In this document: positions 37,401-50,111 of the stretch, piece after piece | How the letters are laid out: each line of letters starts with the position of its first letter | Position numbering within the stretch: the stretch's first letter is position 1 | From: Azolla caroliniana | Taxonomy: Eukaryota > Plantae > Polypodiophyta | NCBI GenBank assembly: GCA_043228905.1 | Contig: JBHGNT010000222.1 | Location: 1-50,111 of the forward strand | Direction of reading: 5' to 3' | Length of the DNA stretch: 50,111 nucleotides | The notes under the pieces: model-generated | What the model saw: the letters and a program-made list of their open reading frames with translations, nothing else | Database searches by the model: none | Told to the model about the DNA's origin: nothing | Translations under genes and position numbers: made by a program

Positions 37401-38849
37401 ACAAGACAACTCGGATATTGATGGAGAGAAAACAATCGAAAGAGATTGTTTTTTAACACACTGAATAAAATGAGTACAATCATTCAGTACAAAAGTAATT
37501 GAATGATGAACCCAATCAATAGATAAAGAAGAGTTTTTATTAAAAAATCAAGGATAACCTAGTATTACATTAGTGGTACAAAGGTTCATTACATGGAAGT
37601 CTACATCCTCTATATAAGTATCAAGAGAAATTCCTAATGAATGAATCACCTTGTTGATGTATTGTACTCTTCCATCAGCCAAGTGCACCTTATATGTGTT
37701 ATCACTTATGGTGGGTTTGATTCCTTATATCTGAACCAAACGATCATTCACAAAGTTGTGTGAGCGTCCCGAATCAAACAAAAATGATATGGGAGATCCA
37801 TTGATATATCCGTTTGCACATAGTAAATCATTGGGTCCCAATACATAGTGAGGGAAAGAACATTGACAATTACTTAAATGATGTGTATAGACCTGAAGGA
37901 CATTAGGAATTTGGCCTTTATGGTCTGCAGGTTTTGTTTTCTTGTCATGCTCTTTCCGTTGGAGCTTTCGACATTGCTCTTTTGTATGACCCTTCTTTTT
38001 GCAGAATACGCAAAAAGGATTATGTCACTTACAATAGCGATCCATGAATTCGTTGGGTGTCTTGCATTTCCTAGAGAATTGCGACTGCTTAGTCCCGGGC
38101 GCTTCGTTGGGTTTGTTATGGTCCTTCTTCAAAGTGCGTTGATAGCGAAGAACTATTTCAATGGCCTCTTCGAAGGATTTTCAATCCTTATCGTGCACTA
38201 TCCAATGATAGTCCGAATTGGGGATGCCATTGACAAAACAAGCTATCAACCAATTGTCCCTTCTAGACTTGATTTTTGGATTTGGGTTCTAACATGGTGA
38301 ACATATTCTTCTAGCGAGGAAAACTTCCTGCTAGAGAGGTTCATTAAAGCTTGTGCTGCCTTAGTTCGAGAGGGAGGTTGTAGAAATTGGCCCTTGAAAA
38401 CTGTGACAAAATTGGTCCCAAGTATCGGGCAATTTCCCCAAAGTTTGGAGCCCACACCACCAGGCGACGGCCATACCCCCTGGTTCTCGGCCGATATATG
38501 CGATATTCATACTATCTGGCAAGGGATAGAGCTCAAAATGAGACTCCCATCGGCCCAACCACGTGCAGATTGCTTCTTCGGTTCTTTCCTTTTTTTCTCC
38601 CGTAAATAGCTTTACGACAAATGATGGTTCACCCTGACGCTCATCGGGTCTATTAGTGTCACGTTGTAAACTAATGACACGTGCCTTGAGAGCACTATGA
38701 GATTGCCGAAGTTTGGACATCTGATGAGCGGTTGAACTAAGGAAATTTTGTATTTGTAAGAAATGCGAATCAATGGAGATTGGCCCAAGAGGATTTCCTT
38801 GAGTTCCTTCCGCTTGAGCGGATGACATGGGGTCGTTATTATGAGCCAT
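34459..38849 (-). pseudogene. G3 gag-pol with C-terminal chromodomain
   Basis: Gag at 38849-38000; protease FLFDSGRSHNFV; RT ([14 protein letters not shown]); RNase H; HDAPLAGHPG..CHLC; PRFCGPF; chromodomain ERILD..FKIKW..ATWE. Confidence 0.93.
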
Positions 38850-40526
38850 TGAATGATAATTTCTGGCAAAGAAATAGGATAAGGTCAGTCAAATAGTCAT
38901 AACATCATGTCGAGATGTAAACATATCATGGGCTAACATTAATCGATATCATGATCTCACGTCAATACCCCTCTAGACGTATGAGTTGAGGTTCAAGATT
39001 AGGTTACTATGGTAACACAAAGGTGTTTTAAAAACCATAGGGGGGACAGATGAATGTCTTTCCCTGATCTCTATATCTTTTCATGGCAGCTCCCCGAGGC
39101 TCAACCATGTATGTTTGCATCATGAATAGTTTATCCACGAAAAAAAGATTAACAATAAACTATGTTTCTGGGCCCACGTATGTGGTTTCGGCTCTTTATG
39201 TCCTATTACGAGGACCCCGGAGTGCACTTAGACCTAAAGTCTAAACATGTATTATAGTCATATGTATCAACAATGTTGTATGGTCTTGGTCATATTTGAA
39301 CTCGAGACCTCGAGAAGAAATGCATTAAACACTTGAGCTAACCAAATCGGTTGCTCATGTTGAATATACAATGTTTTACGCATATAAGAGATATGTGAGG
39401 CATTTGCCCATATATGTTTTTATAAAAGAAACATATATGTCAAGAGTCCTTATTTCCCTGTCGTTTACCACAAACTATGTTGGTACGTTACCTAACCTCA
39501 AGTCTCATAATTACGATGGCATACGCCAAAGTGCAACCTAATGGTCAAGACAAATGAGCCATCTTTTCGTAGTAGGCCCATGTGGCCCATCACATGGTTA
39601 TGTCATTACAAATGCCTTTCATAAGAATGATCTCATGGTGGCATCGTATCCATGTAATGAGGGAGGGATGTTGGATATGTGTGTCATAGGAGCGACCTCA
39701 CATGAAGTGGGTCAAGCCCTACATTCTCAACATCATTGTCGCTATGATCATTTCATTACGTAACGAAATCGAAGTGACCAACGGGGATGTCAATAAAAAA
39801 ATTGTTGAAAAAAGGATTGTGACTACGCCATTCTCACAAAAATATGAGGACGGCCACTAAGATCGTTTCCCCGAAAAGGAAACATTCGATATAGAAATCA
39901 TGTAATAACTAATATACACATATGTATATTTATCATATATATACGATCAAATATGTATACATGAGACCACATATGCATATATTAAAAAAATCGTAATATC
40001 AAATAGCCAACAATGATGTAATCGAGATACGTAATCGAGGCATATAGCCTCTACCCACATGAAACATCCAAAAATAAGGATCAATCGTAATACGCAATCG
40101 AGGTATTGACCTCTTACACATATGACACCAAACACATATCATTTAAATAGAAATCGAGGTATTGACCTCACATGCATACGTAACATATGTATGTGAACGT
40201 AATACGCAATTGAGGTATTAACTTCATACGCATACGACATGAATCACATATCAAATATATGTCAAATGAGGTATTGATCTCATACACATATGAATACGTT
40301 TTATACAACCAATCCATTACCACTGCAACATCATTGAATCAATAAAGAAAACACATATTGACTATACATGATTACATTGGGAGAAGAAAGAATAGAAAAA
40401 AAACAAGAAAGAGTTACCGAAGTTCCTTTGTTGATCGCTATCTGGATCAAGGTCGACCGCACGTCAATTGATCACCATCCATCAAGAAGACAACAAAAAC
40501 CAACAAAAGAAACATTAGAAACCTAA

Positions 40527-40538
40527 GCTCTGATACCA
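40527..40538 (-). promoter_or_regulatory. Primer binding site, tRNA-iMet (G3)
   Basis: GCTCTGATACCA on the plus strand, 2 nt from the LTR. Confidence 0.92.
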
Positions 40539-41383
40539 ACTGTTAGAGTGATGTTCTAATGTAAGCATATGATAATGATATAATATATATAAAATAGAAA
40601 AGCAGAGAGAAAGAAGGGTGTCGATCCACTCGACCACCCCTGAGCGAAGGGATCGAGACAGCAGAGTCCCATACCATCGTCGTGGCGTCGAGTCGTATTT
40701 GGTGCTGGCGCACTCTCTACAAGAGTTGACCCACCATGAAACAGAGTCTCAACATAGTCAAGAGATGATGAAATGAGGGTAGCTAGGCCTCTTATTTATA
40801 GCCCCCAGGCAAGTTCACACTTGGCCTAATGGGTTGTATCAATCCCGAGGATTAAAAGTAATCCTCCCCTTCTTTACACTCTCGTTTAACCCTCACACTT
40901 ATCCACATGTATAGAATACTACGGTAAATTCTCACCATGGGATGTTTTATGGTCATGCTCGTAACAATTTCCTAGAATGGCTCCACCTCAAGGGGGTTCA
41001 ACGTAAGGGAGGAAGAGAGAGATAGATGACAAGATAGAGAAGTTGAGAGAGAGAAATCCTTCATTCATTCCCCATAAGGGGGTTAAATAGTTACAATGAG
41101 GTTATATTCATAGGGGTGCATGCCCCTCAAGCCATCTATACACATCACTCACCCACACCCTTTCCTATCTATCCACTAACACTAACACTTACATTCACAC
41201 TTGTACTCGTATACATTTCACATACACAACAACATTATAGTCTTTCACCCTCACTCATAACACTCAACTCTCTCTACATCTTGTATGGTAACAAAGATGG
41301 TTGATGATAATTGCTCAAAGTGTGCTCCATATTTACCTACAAAACATCTGTGCATATGAATGTTGTACAATGGTATATCAATT

Positions 41384-41949
41384 TGTTGGGAAATTTGGTT
41401 CCTCCGGATGGGAAGAGCACAAGGTGGTTCAATCGATCTCAACTCGAATAATCTATTGAGTGACAAATCGACAAATCGAATAATCGATTAGGCTAATAGC
41501 CGAGTTGGCTGAAGCTGACTCGGGGCTATATTTGTAAATAGCCTAGATATGTCCATTATGACTATGTTTGTAAATAGCCCATATTGTATATGGAGTATAA
41601 ATATAGTTAGGGCAAGTAGTTAGATTTAGTTTTTGTTGTGAATATTTACTGTTGGTTGTTGCCTCTGTAACCAAGAGAGTGTAAGAGAATGTAGTAACTT
41701 CTCCATAGCTATCTGTTTAGACGAAGTAGAACTCAAGGTCAGTGCCTTGCAAGTTCTTATTGTATTCTTCTTACTGTTAGTGATCTAGTTTGGAGTCTGT
41801 GGGATCTTGTGGTTTTCCCATTTAGGGTTTTCAATGTAAACATCCTGTGTCTCTGTACTTCTGTTATTCTATTGTCTCTATACTTGTCCTTTGCACCCGC
41901 ATATGCATTAGAGGAAACCAGTCGTGGTTGGTCGGAGAATCTCACAAAC
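41384..41949 (+). repeat. Copia-type solo LTR related to Copia-A/C
   Basis: Starts TGTTGGGAAA..CCTCCGGATGGGAA like Copia-C. Has TATAAATA and GGTTTTCCC..GGGTTTTC; flanked by CAATT/CAATT. Confidence 0.8.
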
Positions 41950-42016
41950 CAATTTATAATTGTGTGTGTGTGTGTGTATTATAATTTCCATTGGTAAATT
42001 ACATATATAACTAGCT

Positions 42017-45000
42017 GAACCATTTCAATTCAATGACAACGTTTGACATATTTTGTTAACACTTGATCTTATTGTTAATAGATTGTCAATCTTCTCTTAT
42101 TTGTCTCTCCTTTATCTCTTCTCATTCTCTTCTCCAATTGGATCTTTTTCTTGACTATTGCCCTAACAATTTGAACTAGAAAAACCCTTCTTCTTCATTC
42201 CTTTTTCCCAGAGAAATGTTTTGTCCTATCGTCTTGTAGCCAAGGTAATCCTAAATAAGTGAACAAGAACATATGTGTGTTTTGGGTGGTCTACGATGCT
42301 TGACAACCAAGTTCATGGCCTTGGGTAGGAGAATAAAAGGCTTTTTGGGGATTTACAATAAGTGAATGCTGAAAAAGCTAAACAACATGAGCAATTAAAT
42401 CAAATAGTTTATCAATTGCAAAAACAAGCTTCAGGAGCACCAAGTTCAGCAAAAGAACCTAAAGTAAGTCTCCCACCAAATTTTGATGGTCATCAATCAT
42501 AATAAGGATTTTGGGTTTAGGGTTTATATTGATGAAACTTTTGTAAGTGGATTCATTTGCCATTCTAAATCTCTTGTTGATGCACAATTTTTTTTGGTTA
42601 AGATGGATCACTTTGCTTGGTCGTAGATTATTGAGGCTTAAACAAAATCACTATTTGGAACAACTATGCCTTACCTCTAATCTTAACTCTTTTTGAGCAC
42701 TTAACTGAAGCCAAAAATTTTACAAAGCCCAACCTTCGAGGTGCTTATAATCTAGTTCGGATTTGTTAGGGTGATGCTGAAATACCATATTTTACAATCG
42801 AGATGGGCATTTTTGAGCATACAATTATGCCTTCCCGTCTCACAAATGTGCCATCGGTTTTTCAATATATAACCAATGATATTTTTCGAGACTTCTTGGC
42901 ATCCTTATTTGGATGACATCTTGATCTTCTCCAAGACTAAAGTGGAGTATGATTAGCATATATTGCTAAGTTTTGCGATGATTACAAGAATATGGTCTCT
43001 ATGCAAGAGTTGAGAAATGTAGTTTTGACTGGAACCAAGTGGAATTCCTTGAATATCTAGTCTCATCAAAAGAAACCTCTATGGATCCAGCAAATGTGTA
43101 AATAATTCTAGAGTGGTAAACACCATGATCTATTTGTGATATGCAATGTTTCTTGGGATTTGCAAAATTTTTATCGTAAATTCATTAAGAATTATTTGAA
43201 GATCAGTTTGCAAAAAAACACAATTAACACAAAAAACTAACCATTCATATGGAATTCAAGTACAATTGACACATTTCAAAGCTTAAAGTGTGCATTCCCA
43301 TGTACCCCTTTTTGAATCCACAATGATCTAGCCAAGCCATTTAGTTTAGCAATTGGTGCATTGGATTTTTCACTCAGGAGTGTCATCTCCGAAACCAAAG
43401 ACATCAAGCAATTACATCCAATCGTTTTTCATGGAAATTTGAAATAGGGGAATTAATTATGTGATTCACGACAATGAGTTTCTAGGTAACTTGGACTCTT
43501 TTAACCATTGATGTATTTCTTGGAAGGTTCTCCCCATGAAATCATTGTCGACACTAGTTCACTAGGATCAAATGAACCTAGTTCATTATCATAATGCTAG
43601 AGTCTTTATTCCTTGACAATCTTGTTGGGCATAATTTCTTATGTGCTTTGATTTGTTGATCGTGCGCCCCCCAAAACACACCAATGAAAGATAGGTGCTC
43701 TATCTTAGTGGTTCAACATGGCACCTTGTTTAGGGGAACCTTCTTTTGAACATCATGATTCTTGTTAACGCTTTGAGGGTGATAGAGGGTTCTTGTAAAG
43801 TATATAATTGATTCATTTGCCATGTCTTTGATGGTCATTCATGGCCTTTCATTTTACAAAACTACCACGACATAACAATTGTTGGAGACTTGGAGTTTGC
43901 GAGAGTTTGGAACTAGTTTCTAGAAGCTCTTGGTTGTTGCATCTTTGTAATTATGTTGAGGACTACATTCATAGTTATGATGCATGTTATTGATCCAATT
44001 GTCCTTGATATCGACTAGGCTTACTCCAACCTTTAGCAAATCCTGATGGTTCATCGAAGTCTATCTTTTTGGACTTTATTACTAATCTTCCATCTTCCAA
44101 AGATTTTGGTGTCAGTTCAAGAAGGTTGAACATTTCATGAAGATGGAACATTTCTTTCCATGCACACATCTTGGTTATGCATGGAATTTTTTGATATCAT
44201 GATCTTTCTGATGACATCTTTAGTGATTGAGGCCCACAATTCATTTTGAAATTTTGAAAACACTTTCTTGGGATCCTCCAAATTGATGATAAACTCTTTT
44301 CGGGAATTCATTAAAAAACTGATGGTCAAACAAAACGTACAAATCAAACCTTGGAACAATATCTTTGTTGGTTCATCAATTACCAACAAGATGATTGGAT
44401 TGGCTTATACAATAATTCAGCTCATTAACCTACTAAATTTTCTCCCTTCTTTGCTAAAAAAGGTGTCCATCCCATTTGATAGTGCTTAGGCATCAAGAAA
44501 TCTCAAAAAACAAAGCCTATGGTAGAAGATCATCGAAGCTAATTGCAAGAAATTCATGGTACTATTTGACACCATTTATATAATTGTTAGGCGACCAATA
44601 AGAGATTTGTAGATCATCATCATCTTGAATCATCACTAGAAAGAACCAAGTTTCGACTTGGAGATCACATCTAGCTCTTAATGTCTATTGTAAAGACCAC
44701 AAGGCGGATTATCAACCTCTAGGTCCATATGTGATCTCTCACTAGATCAATGACATTGTTTTCCTTTTTGATCTTGATCTTCATATGGTGTTGAACAATT
44801 GGAACATCAGGCATCGAACTCTATTCTAGATCGTGTTGTTCCTCCTCCAACTTTTACGAAGCTTGATGAAAGCTTAAAATATAAGATGAAAACCATTTTG
44901 GCATCCCAAATTGTGCGGGCAACGATTTGTATTTATTTTGTTCATTGGCTGGGTTATACAATTGTGGATCGAACATGCAAGTCTACTAAGAATCAAATGG

Positions 45001-45432
45001 ACATATATCAAAACTTCAAACTCATGATAAAAATTTGAACCAATAAACTCTTTAAAGAAAATGTGTAACCTATACCAGTAAGAAAGATACTATTATAATA
45101 ACTTCTATTATTGAGAACATATATCTAATATTATGAAATGGGTACCTCATACACACTAATGCACGATCGACAAGTACCATGTTTGCATGAATGCCAAGTG
45201 GCAATCATGCATATGTTTGAGGTGAAGGGCATGCATGTGTTATAACCATGCTATAATTAAGATGCATTTGGGTATTTGACGAACCATTCTGGCTCAACAC
45301 TAGTCTTCGACATATTCCTGTAACCTTTATTCTTATTTTTAATACATTTGCAATCTTCTCTTATTTATCTCTCGTTTCCCTCTTCTCAATGTCTTCTTCA
45401 ATTTAATCTTGTTCTTGGCTACGACACTAACA
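42017..45432 (+). mobile_element. Old, heavily deleted chromovirus remnant G4
   Basis: Gag KEPKVSLPPNFDG; [12 protein letters not shown] and YLDDILIFS; RH/INT remnants; chromodomain-like YFVHWLGY. LTR ends at about 42017-42168 and 45064-45432 (both CTAACA). Confidence 0.8.
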
Positions 45433-45668
45433 AGATCACCGTCCATAGAATAGAACCTATGCATATCAGTTTGAAGGGAATATTAAGCGAGAAAAACCAC
45501 TAACTTGACAAGATTGTTATAGTAAGTGGATTATTGAACCTCATATTGATGTAAGTCCACAAATCTTGTGGTGATTATGATGACATTACAATTGATGTAA
45601 ATGTGCATCAAAGTACAAGATATGGAACTCAAAGGTTGTTATTCCACCTATCCAAGATATAACATTAG

Positions 45669-45958
45669 ACTATAGTAGATATTTAAGAAATCTCATTTAT
45701 TAGATCTTATGTATATATTCAAGAATGTGGGGGACTTTGGAAGCATCTATTTAGGTTTTAAATTCGCTCATGCACTAGGAGCATCTTCCGAAACTATAGT
45801 AAATATTAGAGCTATTTAAGTTTTACAATACACTATAGTAAATATTTAAGAAATCTCATTTATTAGATCTTATGTATATATTCAAGATTGTGGGGGAATT
45901 TGGAAGCATCTATTTAGGTTTTAAATTTGCTCGTGCACTAGGAGCATCTTCGGAAACT
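45669..45958. repeat. Direct duplication of about 127 bp (period 163)
   Basis: ACTATAGTA.ATATTTAAGAAATCTC...GAGCATCTTC.GAAACT occurs twice. Confidence 0.9.
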
Positions 45959-46595
45959 TAACCCACTATAAACCATTTTACACTACTCTTGTGAAATATA
46001 GGCCTATACATAGATGAATCTTGAGAGGCCTCCTATTCCATTCCAAAAAGTAACATAACTTGTAGAATATAATTAAGAAAAGGGAAATGTGATGGTATGA
46101 TTTATGTCAAGGCACCATCACTAGATCATGATTTGTGTTTTAAGTTTTTTAAGATGATGGTCAACGCTTTCTCATTGGGTAGCATCTACATGTCCCTCCC
46201 CATTCAAAAATCACTTCAATGTCCTATGTCCTTTTGTAGTCCTACGTATGCATGCAATATATGGAATTTACATAGATAGGAAATTAGGGAATGCCTCATG
46301 GCTTTGATAAGAGAATTTATATACATAGGATATTATACATACTATTGGTGGCCTCTTAAAAAGTTGTCATGGAAGACATAACCAAACTAATTTTGTCTTT
46401 GTAGAATGTAGGATAATCTCTCAAGGGTTGCAACCAAGAACAATATTAAATTGCAAAGGGAAAAAAGATTGGGAGGAAAAATATATATTTTAACAAGAGA
46501 TATGTTTGCAATAGTTTCTTGAAGATTGATGTTATGCAACAAGTTACCCTCGTTGGTGTGCGACGCATGCAAAGTGTATGCGATGTTTCCATACT

Positions 46596-46681
46596 AGGAC
46601 GTGTCACTAAATGACATGCATTAGAAATGTGTCACACAAGGACGTGTCGCTAAATGACATGCATTAGAAATGTGTCACACA
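46596..46681. repeat. 43-bp tandem duplication with ACGTGTC and CATGCA motifs
   Basis: AGGACGTGTCRCTAAATGACATGCATTAGAAATGTGTCACACA x2. Confidence 0.9.
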
Positions 46682-47107
46682 AGAATGTTGAACCCACGCA
46701 ACTTCATCGTGTATCATTGTCACTTTGGTCATCATGCATGGTTATCATGTGAGCTCAAATTATGAATAGCAAAGAGCCAAAGTGATTTGGGATGCATGCC
46801 ATTCATAACTAAAAAGAGTATAGTTGATTGTTGAGCTTTGCTTGCAATTGTAACCATTTTTAAGAGATTATTGATGTATTTCCACTTTTTGTTTGCAATT
46901 GTAACAATTTTCAGGAGATTATTGATGTATTAAATACATGTAATAATAACATGATCAAATGGAGGACAAATTTGAATGGGGCTTGCCTCATTATTGCAAA
47001 TGGCTAACTACAATTTACAAGGTGGTTGTTATCATAATCATACAATCATTCTAATATGTACACACACAAACACACACATATATATATACATATGTTGAGC
47101 ATTCATT

Positions 47108-49198
47108 CTAACAAGCCGAGGTCGTGGTGCATGAGAGGGCTCCGGCTGATGCCGTCATGTAAGCGGCGAACTTGCCATTACCTTGCAAAGTGGCATTGTC
47201 CGTGTCGGACTCGGTACCCGACTGTACGAAGTACGACCCATCCACGAAAGTGTCGTTAATGGATCTCCACCTCCACTTCTGCCACACCGACGTGCTTGTG
47301 TCGAGGCGCTGCGTCACCTATACAACCAAGACAACCATAAGTACTTGGGGCTGACCGTACACATCATATGATTGCCAGGTTTTTGAATGTGTAAAAATTA
47401 GTGAGTGCATGGTCTCAAGCTAAACTGCTAGATGAACAATCCTAACCTGGGGAAATAATGGCTTTTAGCATCTTTAATTAGTAATGGGTGGTTCATAGAT
47501 CATGTTAATGGAATCTCATGTGTGACAGGACTAGGTTAGTGTAATTTTTACCTCCTTGACTGTGCCAGATGCACGGAAGCGGTTGCCTTGACTGAGGATT
47601 GTCGGAGCAGCACTACCGCCGATCGCATATTGCGCCCATCCATCGTATTCATTGTTCAAGACATGGACATACCCGAAGCGACACCTGTGAATAATCATTT
47701 CAATCAGCTTTCATGAATGCAGGATTGCTTGGCCATTATATAATTTAAACTTGAGTTTAAGTAGGTAAGTAACATTAAAGGTACACGACAATGATTACCT
47801 TGGCATACGTTGGACTAGTCCCGTGCCGAAGTGGTTAAATGCGACGGTGACTTTCATGGCCGTGTCCGCGGAATAGGTGTCGCTATGGCCAAGGAGCATG
47901 ACCTTGTCATGATCGGAGAAGTAATTGTTGGAGATGGTGACGAGCGAGGAAGCATGGGTGACATCGATGAGACCATCTTCACAAGAAGCGAGCGAGTTGT
48001 GGTCGATCCACACGTTGCGCGACGCGTAGACGCGTATGGCATCTCCATCGGAGCCGCCACCACGGCAATCGTGAATGTGCAGCCCGTGTATGATCACGTT
48101 GCTCGCGTCTTGAACTGTAATGCACGGCCCCTCCGCGATATGGACATTGGCGCCCCGGCCATCGAGAGTCTTGTCGCTTGCTATGAAGAGCTCGGACTTG
48201 AGCTTGATGGTCATGCTGCGGCCGAAGTAGATCCAGAGAGGCTCCTTCTGGATCACGCCATAGCGTAATGTCCCGGGCTTGGGGTTGTCCGTGTCGTCAC
48301 CTTCATTGGTGACTACGTAGAAGCTCCCGCCCTTCCCGCCCGTGGTCTTGCTACCGAAGCCGATGGCGCAATCGGCTAGCTTCATCCGAGATTGTGCCCA
48401 ACTGGTGCTTCCTCGCCAACATTTATCAATCCTGCATGTAATTTCTCCATATGATCAACTTCCCTATGGCACAAGGACATTAAGCTAAAACTTGTCCACA
48501 ACTTAACTTGTCCCCATGCTTGTATATATACCAATTTTGTTAAAATCATCCATATGAGAGATGGAGAACATTGGGAGGTAAATACGTCTAATCTTAAATT
48601 AACTGTATTGGTCTCTACATAAGTAAATAATTACTTCATAGCCAAAGTCATGCAAATGGCGACATTTCGAAGGATTTTGAAAAACCTTTAGTTATCTCAA
48701 TTAGGAGAGAGGATCTTGAGATATTTGATCAATTTCATTATGGGATTACTAGTTTACTCTCATTGTGGAGAGGGGGGATTAAAGTAAGCTAATCTGGTAT
48801 TAGGAGTTTGGTAGATGATATAACCTTGTCTCTAACTAAAATTAGATATGATTTGAGTAAAATCACAAGGACATGGCCCTAGCTCAAACACTTCAAAACC
48901 AAAACAGCCTTTCTTTCATTCTAAATCGTTTTAATCTAATTATATCTATTTATAATATCAACTCATAAATTTCTATGATTTTGTTTACAAGGGGGGTATT
49001 TGCTCCTTTGGTTATTAGTGAGCTAATCGGCACTTATTTATGATCTTCAATTCGCTGGTATTATGTTAGTGACAATATATATAGTTACCTATTATAATTG
49101 GAGGCTGCAGTAGTAAAGTTTGTGGCTAACATAATATTACCCAGAAATAACATTAGTAGGGCTGCAACCAAGTCCTTTTTATGACTATTTGTCTTCAT
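47108..49198 (-). CDS. Secreted pectate lyase (PL1), 4 exons: 49198-49089, 48431-47799, 47684-47552, 47317-47108; 361 aa
   Basis: GT-AG introns with consistent phases. Signal-peptide-like exon 1 ([20 protein letters not shown]...). Motifs [47 protein letters not shown] and YAIGGS. Confidence 0.95.
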
Positions 49199-50111
49199 AC
49201 TATTAATACACTGGGCCATATTTGTAATAATGAAGATATGTGTGTTAGTGTTATATGAAATGGGACCTTCTATACAAGTGATAATGATTCAATGTTGAAT
49301 TAATTTGTTGTAGATTGCCTCTCTTTTATACTATGTTTTTGTAGTCGGCATCGCCGACGGTGGTGTCATAATTTGAGGAAGTTGATTAAAGATAATAATC
49401 ACATGATTTTAAATTATTAGCATTGTCAAGAATCGCCTCAAGTGGTTCATCGACCCTATCTCATAAGTGATGTTTTGATCAGAATGAACGGCACGTGAGG
49501 ATCGAGTGGTCAACGAGAATCACCTCGGTGGTTGGATTTCTATAACTACAAGTTGGAATGACCTCTCCGCACACAATATACACATATAATAAACAAGACA
49601 TACGTGCAAAGCACCCAAGTTATGTTGCCTGTTGGTTTTTTGAGAAATATGTAGGCACTATATTGAGATTACTTGTTTATGAAAATATTGTAGGCACTAT
49701 GGATTAATCTTTAATACCAATCCAACAAAGAGGATTGACAAAGATGAGAAAACATTTTCATGTTATAGGGTCCTACATGCATGACCAACTTTTCAAAACT
49801 AGGTGAAGGACCTTCCATTGGAAAGTGAAGCCGGTGTTTTGCTTCTCAATACCTAAATTCAATTTCTTGAAACGTTTACAATCTATAGTATATATTATAT
49901 AGCACTATGTTGAGATAGGCAATATGTTCACGGAGGGGAATAGGAGTATGTGGCATGTTCACAAACGAATGAATTGGATGATCCATATTTTTTATACATG
50001 TATATCTCCAAGAAACAAAAGCACGTGTGTGAAGATAAATGTGAGCCATGAATGAACAATTGATCAAGATCACGCATATAACCAGTAATCTGAGAAGAAG
50101 GAATGATGCGG

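Larger units (their letters stand above)
33993..40966 (-). mobile_element. Full-length degenerate chromovirus (Ty3/Gypsy) G3
   Basis: LTRs at 33993-34446 and 40541-40966 (TGTTA..TAACA). Met PBS at 40527-40538; PPT at 34447-34460; decayed TSD ATTCT/ATTTC. Confidence 0.95.
33879..41293 (-). repeat. Solo LTR of family X split by G3 (33879-33992 + 40972-41293)
   Basis: TGTTA...TAACA termini; decayed TSD GGGAT/AAGAT; similarity to 4377-4916. Confidence 0.6.

Noticed and set aside
47831-48268. 145-aa plus-strand ORF
   Set aside because: Antisense shadow of the GC-rich pectate lyase exon.
49199-50111. Additional gene or element upstream of the pectate lyase
   Set aside because: AT-rich with no supportable coding or repeat structure; probably promoter/5' UTR.

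Overview
Eukaryotic land-plant DNA, probably from a non-seed plant such as a fern (inferred from the Gypsy type). About 45 kb is nested LTR retrotransposons. The main nest is four levels deep: Copia-B contains a Gypsy unit G1/Z (5710-27371), which contains Copia-C (9069-22710), which contains a very young non-chromovirus Gypsy G2 (13244-21182). Around it are a degenerate Copia-A, several solo LTRs, a putative long LTR carrying a coiled-coil ORF remnant, and two decayed chromoviruses. Host genes are one tRNA-Thr(AGT) and an apparently intact four-exon pectate lyase on the minus strand. Most unusual: (i) each G2 LTR holds two antisense tRNA-like Pol III A/B-box cassettes; (ii) G1 gag-pol is antisense to its flanking heat-shock-element LTRs, with a fold-back junction; (iii) G2 has near-identical LTRs but a dead gag and a broken frameshift site; (iv) organelle-like filler DNA sits inside the G1 RT; (v) an RY palindrome is shared by LTRs of unrelated Gypsy lineages. 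All calls are by eye; no database searches were run.
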